Source: Chthoniobacterales bacterium
Lineage (GTDB): Bacteria > Verrucomicrobiota > Verrucomicrobiia > Chthoniobacterales > Chthoniobacteraceae
Length of the DNA: 64,000 nt
Assembly (NCBI GenBank): GCA_038207335.1
Contig: JBBQZX010000005.1
Span: forward strand, 64,001-128,000
Reading direction: 5' to 3'
Position 1 is the stretch's first letter, and each line of letters starts with the position of its first letter. This document shows positions 20,525-30,923 of the stretch, piece by piece. Under the pieces are notes generated by a model. The model worked only from the letters and a program-made list of their open reading frames with translations. It was not told the origin of the DNA and searched no databases. The translations under genes were made by a program, and so were the position numbers.

Positions 20525-21660
20525 AGCCGCTTCGCCACATGGTTTCTGAGCTGCTGCCGGTTCCCTTACGCCTACTCGGGCGGTGCATTTTGCAGACGCC
20601 TTCGCGGCTCGGATTTCGTCAGAATCTGGGGTCCAGAAAATTGTCGCCGCGTGCGGGCGAGGTGGCGCTGAATTTCGGCGGCGTCCTTCCGCGGGAACCG
20701 GGCGCGCTCGTTCACGGAGGGAAGGTGAAACTGCTGCATCTCGACGCCGCGTTCCCCGAGCGCGACGACGATTTCAACATCCTCTACCTCGTGAGCAGCG
20801 CGATCCCACGGCACGCGATCGAACTGGTGAAATGGGCGCGAGCGTGCGGCGCGAAATTCGTCTGGAATCAAAACGGTGTCGGCTTTCCGGCGTGGGCCGG
20901 GAGGCACAGCGAAGAGTTCAATCGGCCGATGCGCGAGTTGCGGCGGCTCGCGGACTTCGTCGTCTATCAGAGCGACTTTTGCCAGCGATCGGCGGAGCGA
21001 TTTCTAGGGCCGGCGAGCGCGCCTAGCCAAGTGCTCTTCAATCCCGTCGATCTGTTGGCGTTCTCGCCTGCGGCGGAGCCGTTGTCGCGGGAACGGTGGG
21101 AATTGCTGGCGGCGGGGACGCATCAGGAACGCGAGCGCGTGACGCTCGCGATCGATGCGCTCGTGGAGATTTTGCGAGGCGGGCACTCGGCGCGGCTGAC
21201 GATTGCGGGTCGGTTTCATTGGCCGGGAGGCGATGCGGAAATTCACGAGGCGATTTCTCTCGCGGGCGTCGGGTCGAATGTGCGGCTTGCGCCGACGTTC
21301 GCGCAGGCGGATGCGCCGGGGATGTATCGCGAGAGCCATGTGCTGCTGCACCCGAAGTTCAACGACCCATGTCCTACCGTGCCGATCGAGGCGCTCGCGT
21401 GCGGCGTGCCGGTCATCTGCTCGGCGAGCGGCGGGATGCCAGAGTTGGTCGGCGCGGAATTCGGCGCGTTGTTACCGGTGGCAGAGGGCTGGGATGTGCC
21501 GCGCTATCCGACGGCGAGGGCGATGGCGGCGGCGGTGCAAAATGTGATGGCCAACTGGGAATCAAGAAGCCGGGCGGCTCGGGGGCGGGCGGAACGGCTT
21601 TTCGATCACCGAGATTGGGTGGCGCGGCATCGCGCGATTTTTGAGAGGGTGCTCGCGTGA
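20521..21660 (+). CDS. glycosyltransferase family 4
   Basis: NPVD, DPCPTVPIEALACGVPVI, GGMPELV. Start GTG 20521 or ATG 20539. Confidence 0.85.
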   Translation: MKPLRHMVSELLPVPLRLLGRCILQTPSRLGFRQNLGSRKLSPRAGEVALNFGGVLPREPGALVHGGKVKLLHLDAAFPERDDDFNILYLVSSAIPRHAIELVKWARACGAKFVWNQNGVGFPAWAGRHSEEFNRPMRELRRLADFVVYQSDFCQRSAERFLGPASAPSQVLFNPVDLLAFSPAAEPLSRERWELLAAGTHQERERVTLAIDALVEILRGGHSARLTIAGRFHWPGGDAEIHEAISLAGVGSNVRLAPTFAQADAPGMYRESHVLLHPKFNDPCPTVPIEALACGVPVICSASGGMPELVGAEFGALLPVAEGWDVPRYPTARAMAAAVQNVMANWESRSRAARGRAERLFDHRDWVARHRAIFERVLA

Positions 21661-22715
21661 ATGCGCCCGCGATCAGCGTTCTTTTGCCCGCTTACAATGC
21701 GGCGGCGTTCATTCGTCCGGCAGTTGAGAGCGTGCTGACGCAGACTTGCGGGGATTTTGAACTGCTCGCGATCGACGACGGCTCGACCGATTCGACGCGG
21801 GCGATTCTCGCGGAATATCGCGACCCGCGGCTGCGGTTGCTGGTGAATGAGCGTAACATCGGACTCACAGCGACGCTCAATCGCGGACTGAGGGAGGCGC
21901 GCGGTGAATTGATCGTGCGACAGGACGCGGACGACGTTTCGCAGCCGGAGCGATTTGCAAAGCAGCTCGCGTTTTTGCGCGAGCATCCCGACGTGATGCT
22001 GCTTGGCACGGCGGCGCGGCAGTTCGATGCGGCGGGGCGTTCACTCGGTGCGCTCGACATGCCGTGCAGCCCGCTCGCGGTGCGATGGGCGATGCTTTTC
22101 GACAATCCGTTTCTGCACACGGCGGTCATGTTTCGCCGCGCCGTGGTCGGAGAATTCACGGGTTACGACGAGTCGTTTTCGATCTCGCAGGATTACGAAT
22201 TGTGGTCGCGGATCTCGCGTAAATATCCCACGGCGAATCTGTCGGAGCGGCTGCTCACGCTGCGCGCGCACGGCGATTCGCTCATGCGTTCGCGGCGAGA
22301 GGAACTCGATGCGGAGACGCGCCGCATTCAATCGGCAAGCGTCGCGGCGAAGTTTTCGGAACTCAGTTTTTCGGAACGCGAAATGGAGTTGCTCGGGCAG
22401 TTTCGGTGGAAGCTGGAGCCGTCCGCTCTCGCGGAGTTTTGGGCGCTGTTCGATCGGATGCTCACGGCTTTTCACGCAGCGCACCCGGCTGCGAGAGAAG
22501 ATGGAAACTTGCGCGAGACGATCGCCGTGCAGATCGGGCGGGTTGGCTACAACCTTTTGCCGGAGCACCGTGGCGCGGCGTTGCGCGTTTTGTGGCGGGC
22601 GTTCTGCGCGTCTCCGCAGGCGGCGATTTCGTTGCCCTGGGCGCGCATTGCGGCGCTGGTGATTGCTGGAAATTCGGCGCGCGCATTTTACGAAAGGCTC
22701 GCTCCTTCCCGATGA
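21657..22715 (+). CDS. glycosyltransferase family 2
   Basis: SVLLPAYN, IDDGSTD, RQDADD, DYELW. Confidence 0.9.
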   Translation: MNAPAISVLLPAYNAAAFIRPAVESVLTQTCGDFELLAIDDGSTDSTRAILAEYRDPRLRLLVNERNIGLTATLNRGLREARGELIVRQDADDVSQPERFAKQLAFLREHPDVMLLGTAARQFDAAGRSLGALDMPCSPLAVRWAMLFDNPFLHTAVMFRRAVVGEFTGYDESFSISQDYELWSRISRKYPTANLSERLLTLRAHGDSLMRSRREELDAETRRIQSASVAAKFSELSFSEREMELLGQFRWKLEPSALAEFWALFDRMLTAFHAAHPAAREDGNLRETIAVQIGRVGYNLLPEHRGAALRVLWRAFCASPQAAISLPWARIAALVIAGNSARAFYERLAPSR

Positions 22716-23848
22716 ATCGCCGCTACCGAGTTTTGCATGTCATCGACTCGCTCGACCTCGGTGGGGCGCAGGCGGTGATGATGAATTTGATCAAGCATGG
22801 CGACCGGGATCGGTTCGAGTTTTCGGCGGCTTCGATTCATGGGCGCGGAGTTTATTGGGAGCCGCTTCGAGCGCTCGGGGTGCCGACTTTTTCGCTGTCT
22901 TTTCATCCGCGATTTCCGAGCTACATGCCGCGGATGGCGTGGCTTTGCCTGACTCGGAGATACGATGTTGTTCACACGCATCTGCTGGCTGCGAATGTTG
23001 TGGCGAAGCCGATTGCGGCGCTGTGCGGGGTGCCGGTGCGGATCAATCACGACCACTGCAACGACAAGCTAACGGACCCGCGAAAGTGGGCGCCGGCGGC
23101 GGACAAATTCACGAACCGGTTTTCGACGCATGTCGTTGCGGTTTCAGAGACGACGCGGCGGTATGTGGTGGAGGAGGAAGACGTGCCAGTGGAGCGCGTG
23201 ACGACGATTCACAACGGCGTCGATCTCGAGGCTTTTCAGCCGCGACCGGAGCGACGCGCGGAGGCGCGGAAGCGCTTGGATTTGGCGGAGGATGCGTTCG
23301 TCGTCGGCGGAATCGGGCGACTGACTTTTCAGAAGAATTTCGCCCTGTTCATCGAGGTGGCTGGTGAGGTTTTTGCGAAGAACCCTGGTGCGACATTCGT
23401 CATCGCGGGCACGGGTGAGGACGATGTGGCGCTCCGGGAGCAGGCGCGGCGTGCGGGGATTCCGGTGCGATTTCTCGGCTATGTCGGCGACATGGCGGCG
23501 CTGTATCCTGCGCTCGATATGCTGCTGCTCACTTCGCGTTATGAAGGTCTGCCGATCACCATTTTGGAAGCGATGGCGTGCGGCGTGCCGATCGTGTCGG
23601 CGGAGCTGGATGGGGTGCGCGAAATTTTGCGCGATGGTGAAGATGCGGCGCTCGTGGAGCCGGGAAATCTCGCAGCATTTTCTGCGCGTGTGAGTTCACT
23701 GATTGCGCAGCCTTTTCTCGCGAAAAAACTCGCGAACGCGGCGCTGACGAAAGTGCGCGCGGGGTATTCTGCGGAGGCGATGACTCGCGCAGTGGAGGTG
23801 ATTTATTGGAAGTATCTGGAACCGGCAATGGGCCGGGAAGGCGCATGA
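22712..23848 (+). CDS. glycosyltransferase family 4
   Basis: [47 protein letters not shown] 22712. Confidence 0.92.
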   Translation: MNRRYRVLHVIDSLDLGGAQAVMMNLIKHGDRDRFEFSAASIHGRGVYWEPLRALGVPTFSLSFHPRFPSYMPRMAWLCLTRRYDVVHTHLLAANVVAKPIAALCGVPVRINHDHCNDKLTDPRKWAPAADKFTNRFSTHVVAVSETTRRYVVEEEDVPVERVTTIHNGVDLEAFQPRPERRAEARKRLDLAEDAFVVGGIGRLTFQKNFALFIEVAGEVFAKNPGATFVIAGTGEDDVALREQARRAGIPVRFLGYVGDMAALYPALDMLLLTSRYEGLPITILEAMACGVPIVSAELDGVREILRDGEDAALVEPGNLAAFSARVSSLIAQPFLAKKLANAALTKVRAGYSAEAMTRAVEVIYWKYLEPAMGREGA

Positions 23849-24342
23849 ATAGTTGGTTTCAGGACTGGGAGGCAAATCGCGGGAATCCAAAGGGACAGCT
23901 CGTGATGTTCCTTTTTCGGAAAGCGCATTGGGTGAGGGAACTGCCCGCTCCGTGGTGCTGGATCGGGGGACCGCTGTTCGTGTTTTACCGGGTTTTTGTC
24001 GGCGCTTTTTTGGGGATCGAGTTGCGATACCGGATGCGCGTGGGGCCAGGGTTGCGGCTTTTTCATGCACAGGCGCTGGTGGTGCATGAAGGGACGGTGA
24101 TCGGGCGCGATTGCACGCTACGACAATCGACGACGATCGGGAACAAGACGCTCGCAGATGGGTCGCTCGGCGCTTGTCCGGTGATCGGGGATCGCGTGGA
24201 TGTGGGGGCGAATGTGGTGATCCTCGGGGTGGTGAAGATCGGCGACGGGGCAGTGATCGGGGCGGGGTCTGTGGTGGTGAAGGATGTGCCGGCGGGCGTG
24301 GTAGTGGCGGGGAATCCGGCGCGGGTGATTCGGACCGTTTGA
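23845..24342 (+). CDS. hexapeptide-repeat (serine acetyltransferase / WcaB-like) acetyltransferase
   Basis: Hexapeptide repeats, [24 protein letters not shown] 23845. Confidence 0.85.
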   Translation: MNSWFQDWEANRGNPKGQLVMFLFRKAHWVRELPAPWCWIGGPLFVFYRVFVGAFLGIELRYRMRVGPGLRLFHAQALVVHEGTVIGRDCTLRQSTTIGNKTLADGSLGACPVIGDRVDVGANVVILGVVKIGDGAVIGAGSVVVKDVPAGVVVAGNPARVIRTV

Positions 24343-24505
24343 GCAGCGGGGGAGGAGGAGTTTTCGCCGCGAATAAGCAAAGACGCGACGGCAGAAAGAG
24401 AGGAGTGAACGTCGATTTCGCGGAGGATTTTGGGCGGTCATCGCGCTTCCACCGGTTTGAAAATGCGCTAATTTCAGCGCCCCTTTGCGACTCTCCCACA
24501 CGCCC

Positions 24506-27500
24506 ATGAAACGTCATTTCTTCTCGCTTTTCTTTCTCTCACTCGCGCTGGTCGCGGCCCTAGCATCGGCTGCGGAGCCGCTTCGAGTCTATATTCGCAG
24601 CGGCGTGAAGACTCATGGGCCGAATGCACACGACCATCCGCATTTCCTCGCGACGTGGGTACCGCTGCTGACGGAGCGCGGGATCAAAGTGGAGGGCGCG
24701 ATCGGGTGGCCGACGGCGGAGCAGATGGCGCAGACGGATGTGATCATCGTGGATGCAGATGAGGCGGGCGACGTGACGCCGGAGGAAAAGGCGAACGTCG
24801 ATGCGTTCACGAAGCGCGGCGGAGGGCTGGTGGTGATTCACGCAGCCTCGGTCGCGATGAAAGAATCCGCGTGGTGGAAAGCGACGATTGGGGGGTCTTG
24901 GGTGAAGGGCCAAACGAAGTGGAAGGAGGGGCCGATGGATTTGTATTTCGTGGAAAGTGAGCGGATCGAACATCAGCACCCGATCACGAAAGGCGCGGCG
25001 AATTTTCACCTCGACGACGAGATTTACTACGACATGGGCATCTCGGCGGACGTGCGCGTGCTGGCGACGAGCTACACGCCAAATGTGCCCGCGGGGAAGA
25101 AAGTGGCGGAGGGCGGGAAGGTGAATATTTACGACATCCAGCCGCAGATGTGGGCTTACGAAAAAGACGGCTACCGGGCGTTCGTCAGCATTCCCGGGCA
25201 CATGAACTCGACGTTCGAGCTGCCGAATTATCGCGCGATTTTGCTGCGCGGAATCGCGTGGGCGGGGAAGCGGGAGAATGTGGATGAGTTTTGCACGAAA
25301 GAGGAAATCGCGTCGCTGACGTATCCGCCCGGCGGACCGCAGCGGCCGGCGGATACGCGGAAGGCGCTGGAGGTGCATCCCGATTTCACGATGACGCTGG
25401 TGGCAAGCGAGCCGATGATCAATAAGCCGATGAATTTCGACTGGGATGCGGCGGGTCGGATGTGGGTGGCGGAGACGCCGGAGTATCCGAATGGGCGGCG
25501 CGGGATGCGGCCGGATTATCGCGGGAAGGAGTGGAAAGATCACGGTGGTCTCGCCCCGGAGCCGGGCGTGCAGGAGCGCAAGGGGCAGGATAAAATCAGC
25601 ATTTTGACAGACACCGACGGCGACGGTGCGATGGATAAAAAGGAGATTTTCTACGAAGGGCTCGAGCTGGTGACGGGGCTCGTTTTTTACAAAGACGGCG
25701 TGATCGTGACGCAGGCGCCGGACATCCTCTGGCTGCGCGATACAACCGGCGACGGGAAGTGCGACAAGGTGGAGAAGCTCTACACGGGGCTCGGCACGGG
25801 CGACACGCACGCAGTCATCAATAATCCGCGGTGGGGCTGGGACGGGTGGATTTACTGCACGCACGGCTACAGCGGCTCGCGCGACGTGACGAATGGCGAC
25901 GGCTCGAAGCATTTCGGGACGATCGGTTCCGGTGTCGTGCGGTTCAAGCCGGACGGCTCAGCCTTTGAGCAATACAGCTCGAAAGGCGGGAATACGTGGG
26001 GGCTGGAAATCACGGGGGATAATCGCGTGATGTGGACGCAGCCGACGAGCGGCGAACTGCTGATGCAGACGGTGCTGCCGGAGTACGCGCTGGCGCGCGG
26101 GAAGATCGGGAAGACGGCGAGCTACCACGTCGTCGAGCCGTCGAAGAAGACGTTTCCGCTGATGACTTGGGAGGAGCAGGCGTATCGGCAGATCGATTGG
26201 GTCGGGTCGTTCACGGCGGCGGCGGGCTGCGTGATTTACGACGGCGGCTCGTGGCCGGCGGAATACAACGGCGACTATTTTTGCACGGAGCCGACGATCA
26301 ATATCATCCATCACGCGCGGCTGACGCCGGAGGGTTCGAGCTCCACTTTTCACAAGCTGCCGGGTCGGGAAGAGACGGAGTTCGTGCGGAGCGGCGACAT
26401 GTGGTGGCGGCCGATCGAGGTGCGGGTGGGGCCGGATGGGGCAATGTACGTGGCGGATTTTTACAATCAGGCGGTGATCCACAACGACACGCGCGGGCCG
26501 GATCATAACAAGGTGAACGCGGCGGTGCGACCGGATCGGGATCATTATTTCGGGCGCATCTGGCGGATCGATCACAAGGACGCGAAGAACCTGGCGGTGC
26601 CGGATTTGTCGAAGGCGGGCGTGGAGGAATTGGCGAAGGCGCTGGAGCATCCGAACCGCGTGGTGCGGATGACGGCGAGTCGGCTGCTCGTGGAGAAAGG
26701 GACAGTCAAAGACGCGACCGCCGCGCTGCAACCAACTGCGATTGCGCGGGCAGTGAATCCGATTCTCGCGCGGGGAAACCCCGAGAGTCGAATTGCGGCG
26801 CTGTGGACCCTTCTCGGCATCCGAGGCATCACGGGAGATGAACTCAACAAGGCCACTACTGACACAGATGCCTCGGTTCGCCGGAATGGCGCGCTTATTG
26901 CCGAAGAGTTAAACACTGTCTTCTGGAGCAGGATAAATGACGGAACGAATCCGAATCGGTCGAAAGAAATTGATCTGCTGCCTTATGGACTGATCACCGA
27001 TGCCGATGCTCAAGTCCGCGTCGCGGCGCTACGCGCCATTGCTGCGAGTGGCGCTGCTGCCGCTGCAGTCGGCCCTGCGTCAGACAGCGGTGACGCTGCT
27101 CGCTTTATTATTCAGGCGTGGCCGAAGTTTGATGACGACTTCCAAAAATCTGCGGCCATCGGGGCGGCGGCGCAGAACCCAGCGGCGAGCATTGCGGCGG
27201 CTTTGGATGCGGCGGATTCGGCTTCTCTTGCGCCGTTGGTTTCGGCGCTCGCGGAGACGGTGGGCGAGCGGAATGACACGGCTGCGGCGGCAAAGCTGGT
27301 GGTCGCACTTTCGACCAAACCGGCGGGCGCGGATGCGCTGAAACGCAGCATCCTCGACACGCTCGCGAAATCGCTCAAAGACGCGCCAGCGATGACGCCG
27401 GAGATCGCTGATGCGCTCGGGAACCTGCTGGCAAGCGGCGCGAGCGGGAGCGTGCTGCCGTTGGCGGCGAAGTGGGACGAGACCGGCGCACTCAAGCCCG

Positions 27501-28987
27501 CGATTGAAAAACTCACGACCGGTCTTCTCAGCGCGCTCACTTTCGCCAATGGCGACGAGGCGCGCATCGCGGCGGTTCGCAGCTTGATCGGGCTGCGCGA
27601 AAAGGACGCGCGCATCTTTCCAGCGATCACGAAACTACTCGGGACGGACACCACCGCGCCCGCTTCGCTGCAGCGCCAAATCATCGTGGCGCTCGGCGAA
27701 ACCGGCGACCCGGCGATCGGCTCCGCGCTAGTCGCATCATTTTCCAAACTACCGCCGGAGGCGCAGACTGCGGCGTTCGAGGCGCTGCTGCAGCGCGCGG
27801 ATTGGTCGCTGGCGATGCTCGATGCGGTGAAGGCGAAGCAGGTCGATCTCGCGACTTTTGGCCCGGCGAATCTCGCGCGGCTGCGGACGCATCCCGACAA
27901 GCAAGTCGCGAAGCGCGCGAACGCGGTGCTCGATGAACTGATGGGCCCGGCGATTGCGGCGAAAAACGAGGTGATCGCAAAGCTCACGCCGGAGGTGGAG
28001 AAGCCGGGTGACGCGGTGAAAGGCAAGGCGCTCTTCACGGCGACGTGCGCGATTTGCCACAAGCTCGGCGACGCGGGTGCGGACGTGGGCCCGGCGCTCA
28101 CAGGCATGGGCGCGCATGGCGCAGCGGAGTTGCTCACGGCGATCGTCGATCCGAATCGCGAGGTCGATCCGAGCTTCGTCGCGTGGAATATCGAGACGAA
28201 AGACGGCAATTTTCACGCCGGTGTTATCGCACGTGAAAACCCCGCGAGCCTTTTGCTGAAGAGCCTCGCGGGGCAGGAGGAGATCAAAGTCGCGGACATC
28301 AAAAGCCGCGTGAATACGGGTCGCTCGCTGATGCCAGAAGGCTTCGAGGCGCTCGGCGGCGAAGCGCTGCGCGACATCCTCAGCTACGTCTGCGGCGAGG
28401 ATGCGCGGTTCCGCGTGCTGAATTTGAAGGACGCGTTCACCACGACGACGGCGCATGGGATTTACGAAAATGAAGCGGCTGCGAACATCGAACTCGTGAA
28501 GAGCGGCAACGTGCTTTTCGACTCGGTGCCGTTCGATCTGGTGTCGGAGAAGAAGGCGCCGAAGAACGTGGTCGTGCTCCGGGGTGGGCCGAGTGACACG
28601 CTGGCGAGGAAGATGCCGAAGACGGTAGAGATCAAGGCGGGCGGCTTTAAGGCGAACCGGCTCCATTTTCTCGGCGGCATTGGCGGCTGGGCTTTTCCGT
28701 ACGATCGCGACGATGTGGTCGTGATGCGCGCGACGGTCGAGTACGTCGGCGGCGAAAAGGAGACGCTGGAGTTCAAGAATGGCGTGGAATTTGCCGACTA
28801 CAATGGGCAGCCGGAAGTGCCGGGCTCGAAGCTCGCGGCGGGGCTTTCGGCACGCGGACAAATCCGCTACTTTTCCAAGCGGCTCGCCAAAGGCGGAGCG
28901 ATCGACAAGATCATCCTCGAAAGCCCGGCGACGGCAATCGCGCCGACGACATTCGCCATCACTGCAGAACTCGCAAAAACCCCATGA
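24506..28987 (+). CDS. PVC-type heme-binding CxxCH protein: ThuA-like domain, beta-propeller dehydrogenase-like domain, HEAT-like repeats, cytochrome c domain
   Basis: Signal peptide. ThuA motifs (GGGLVVIH, DEIYY, PGH). ASEPMINKP..WD..GRMWVAE, GPDGAMYVADFY. CAICH near 28046, then VGPALTG and SLMPEGFE. Confidence 0.85.
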   Translation: MKRHFFSLFFLSLALVAALASAAEPLRVYIRSGVKTHGPNAHDHPHFLATWVPLLTERGIKVEGAIGWPTAEQMAQTDVIIVDADEAGDVTPEEKANVDAFTKRGGGLVVIHAASVAMKESAWWKATIGGSWVKGQTKWKEGPMDLYFVESERIEHQHPITKGAANFHLDDEIYYDMGISADVRVLATSYTPNVPAGKKVAEGGKVNIYDIQPQMWAYEKDGYRAFVSIPGHMNSTFELPNYRAILLRGIAWAGKRENVDEFCTKEEIASLTYPPGGPQRPADTRKALEVHPDFTMTLVASEPMINKPMNFDWDAAGRMWVAETPEYPNGRRGMRPDYRGKEWKDHGGLAPEPGVQERKGQDKISILTDTDGDGAMDKKEIFYEGLELVTGLVFYKDGVIVTQAPDILWLRDTTGDGKCDKVEKLYTGLGTGDTHAVINNPRWGWDGWIYCTHGYSGSRDVTNGDGSKHFGTIGSGVVRFKPDGSAFEQYSSKGGNTWGLEITGDNRVMWTQPTSGELLMQTVLPEYALARGKIGKTASYHVVEPSKKTFPLMTWEEQAYRQIDWVGSFTAAAGCVIYDGGSWPAEYNGDYFCTEPTINIIHHARLTPEGSSSTFHKLPGREETEFVRSGDMWWRPIEVRVGPDGAMYVADFYNQAVIHNDTRGPDHNKVNAAVRPDRDHYFGRIWRIDHKDAKNLAVPDLSKAGVEELAKALEHPNRVVRMTASRLLVEKGTVKDATAALQPTAIARAVNPILARGNPESRIAALWTLLGIRGITGDELNKATTDTDASVRRNGALIAEELNTVFWSRINDGTNPNRSKEIDLLPYGLITDADAQVRVAALRAIAASGAAAAAVGPASDSGDAARFIIQAWPKFDDDFQKSAAIGAAAQNPAASIAAALDAADSASLAPLVSALAETVGERNDTAAAAKLVVALSTKPAGADALKRSILDTLAKSLKDAPAMTPEIADALGNLLASGASGSVLPLAAKWDETGALKPAIEKLTTGLLSALTFANGDEARIAAVRSLIGLREKDARIFPAITKLLGTDTTAPASLQRQIIVALGETGDPAIGSALVASFSKLPPEAQTAAFEALLQRADWSLAMLDAVKAKQVDLATFGPANLARLRTHPDKQVAKRANAVLDELMGPAIAAKNEVIAKLTPEVEKPGDAVKGKALFTATCAICHKLGDAGADVGPALTGMGAHGAAELLTAIVDPNREVDPSFVAWNIETKDGNFHAGVIARENPASLLLKSLAGQEEIKVADIKSRVNTGRSLMPEGFEALGGEALRDILSYVCGEDARFRVLNLKDAFTTTTAHGIYENEAAANIELVKSGNVLFDSVPFDLVSEKKAPKNVVVLRGGPSDTLARKMPKTVEIKAGGFKANRLHFLGGIGGWAFPYDRDDVVVMRATVEYVGGEKETLEFKNGVEFADYNGQPEVPGSKLAAGLSARGQIRYFSKRLAKGGAIDKIILESPATAIAPTTFAITAELAKTP

Positions 28988-29742
28988 AAACACACCTCCT
29001 CGCTCTCGCCCTCTTCCTGCCTTTCGCCGCGCTCGATGCGCGCGCGGCGGAGTTCAAGCCGCAATTCACCGACGCCGTCCCGCAGCCGCCAGCAGCCAAG
29101 CCGGAGAAAGGCCCGCGCGTGCTGCTCGTCGGAGGTGGGAGTTCGCACGACTTCGTGAAATTCTTTGGCGCGTCGGACAAGGCGACGCTGGAGTCGGTCA
29201 CAGGCTGGGTCGATTTCACGCAAAATCTCAACGGCATCGGTGCGATTTTGCCGAACATCGACGTAATCGTTTTGAGCGCGAATCAGCCGATCAACGACGA
29301 GACGAAAGCGGCGCTGCTCGAGTTCGCGAATCGCGGCGGTGGGATCGTCGCGCTGCATCCCGGGACTTGGTATGCGTGGAGTAATTTCGCGGATTGGAAC
29401 AAGCAGATCGTCGGCGGCGGGACGCGCGGACACGACGCGCTCGGGCCTTACAAAGTGGAGGTGAAAGAGCCGGAGAACCCGATCACCAAAGGAGTTCCGG
29501 CCGATTTCGAAATCACGGACGAGCTCTACAATTACACCCCGGACAACGCCGCGACGCCGATCGAAGTGCTCGCGACAGCGACCAGCCCAAAGAGCGGGAA
29601 GACCTTTCCGCAAGTCTGGATCGTGAAGAATCCGAAGGCGCGGATCGTCGGAATCACGCTCGGCCACGACGAGCGCGCGCATGATCTCCCGGCGTATCAT
29701 GCGCTGCTGAAGAACGCAGTGCTCTGGGCTGCGGGAAAGTAA
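28984..29742 (+). CDS. secreted ThuA-like domain protein
   Basis: Signal peptide, SSHDF, GGGIVALH, DELY, TLGHD. Confidence 0.8.
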   Translation: MKTHLLALALFLPFAALDARAAEFKPQFTDAVPQPPAAKPEKGPRVLLVGGGSSHDFVKFFGASDKATLESVTGWVDFTQNLNGIGAILPNIDVIVLSANQPINDETKAALLEFANRGGGIVALHPGTWYAWSNFADWNKQIVGGGTRGHDALGPYKVEVKEPENPITKGVPADFEITDELYNYTPDNAATPIEVLATATSPKSGKTFPQVWIVKNPKARIVGITLGHDERAHDLPAYHALLKNAVLWAAGK

Positions 29743-29775
29743 AACCCGTCGTTCGCTTTTCCCGCTCCGATGCGG

Positions 29776-30876
29776 TCAGTTCCGCAGAGGGGCAGGGACT
29801 TCGCGGAGAGCGGCGTCGGGGAGGATGAATGCGGACGAAGTGAGCGGGCTCGGCTCGTGGAGGATGTCGGGATGCAGGATGCCGGGGATGACTTGGACGG
29901 CGAAGATTTCCTGCACGGTGCCCTCGAAGCGGAGGAAGGCGACGGTGGCACCGGTGCGGAGGTCGATGACCCAGATGCCGCAACTGCGCTCGGCCATTTC
30001 ATCGAGAGGGATGCCGGCGAAGGTGGCGGTTTCGCGGACCTGCGAGAGGCCGACGAATGCGAGATGGCCGTGGAAGTCGAGGCCGCGCGTGAAGCCGGGG
30101 ACGCGCGCGAGGACGGTGGTGGACGCGCTTTTCATATCGACGACGGAGAGCGCGCCGATGCCGGACTCGAGGATGTAAAATCGGTCGGCGTGGATGCGCG
30201 GCGAGTGGGGCATGCAGAGGCCGGTGAGGAGGGCGTCGCCGGAGTTTACGTCGAGCAGGCAGCCGCCGGTGGCTTTGTTTTCGCGCCAGCCGCCGGGGGT
30301 GTCGGTGCGGCCGAGGCAGGTGACGTATTTTACGTGATCGTGGACGATGGCCATGCCGTTCAGGTGGCAGCGGTCCTCGGGGGCAAGGGCGGTGACGAAG
30401 GGCGGACGCCAGCGCGGGACGAAGCTGTGGTCGGCATCGAATGTGCAGAGGCAGGAGAAGCGGGTATTGACGGCCCAGAGCTCGGAGCCGATCCAGCCGA
30501 TCTCGTGGATGCGGATGTCGCCGCTGTGGTGGCGGCGGCGGGGGAGGAATGCGGCGTCGTGCGAGCCGGCGGGTTCGATTTTTCGCGCGACATCGGGCTG
30601 GTCGCGGAATTCCCAGACTTCGTTTTTCGTGCCGAGCGCGAGGCGGCCGGTCTCGGGCTGGTAGGCGAGGCCCATGGGGCTGGGAAAGTTGCGAAAGTGG
30701 GTATTCAGGGCGTCGTCGTCGGGGCGGACGAGGATGACGCGGCCGGCTTGGTAGGTGGAGACGGCGAGGGAGATGCCGAGTTCGCGGAGGAGCGCTGGGA
30801 AATTGCTCGTGTGGCTGCTGGTGAAAGGCGGCGGATCGGCGGGCGATGGCTCGCCAGGAGGGGTTTCGATGCTCAC
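29776..30876 (-). CDS. TIGR03032/DUF4915-like uncharacterised protein
   Basis: STYQAG, HEI, VNTRFSCL, PEDRCHLNG, MPHSPR, PGFTRGL, FVGLSQVRE. Start estimated at GTG 30876. Confidence 0.8.
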   Translation of the reverse strand: MSIETPPGEPSPADPPPFTSSHTSNFPALLRELGISLAVSTYQAGRVILVRPDDDALNTHFRNFPSPMGLAYQPETGRLALGTKNEVWEFRDQPDVARKIEPAGSHDAAFLPRRRHHSGDIRIHEIGWIGSELWAVNTRFSCLCTFDADHSFVPRWRPPFVTALAPEDRCHLNGMAIVHDHVKYVTCLGRTDTPGGWRENKATGGCLLDVNSGDALLTGLCMPHSPRIHADRFYILESGIGALSVVDMKSASTTVLARVPGFTRGLDFHGHLAFVGLSQVRETATFAGIPLDEMAERSCGIWVIDLRTGATVAFLRFEGTVQEIFAVQVIPGILHPDILHEPSPLTSSAFILPDAALREVPAPLRN

Positions 30877-30923
30877 GGGAGACGCACTTGACAGAAGCGA
30901 TTGGCGCTGTCGATAACGCGAGG

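Noticed and set aside
12917..22711. Long N-terminal extensions given by the ORF track for glycan-cluster genes
   Set aside because: They overlap upstream genes in other frames. True starts coincide with the upstream stop codons.
29770..30891. 373-aa plus-strand ORF
   Set aside because: Antisense shadow of the TIGR03032-like gene, with no recognisable motifs. Long shadow ORFs are expected at high GC.
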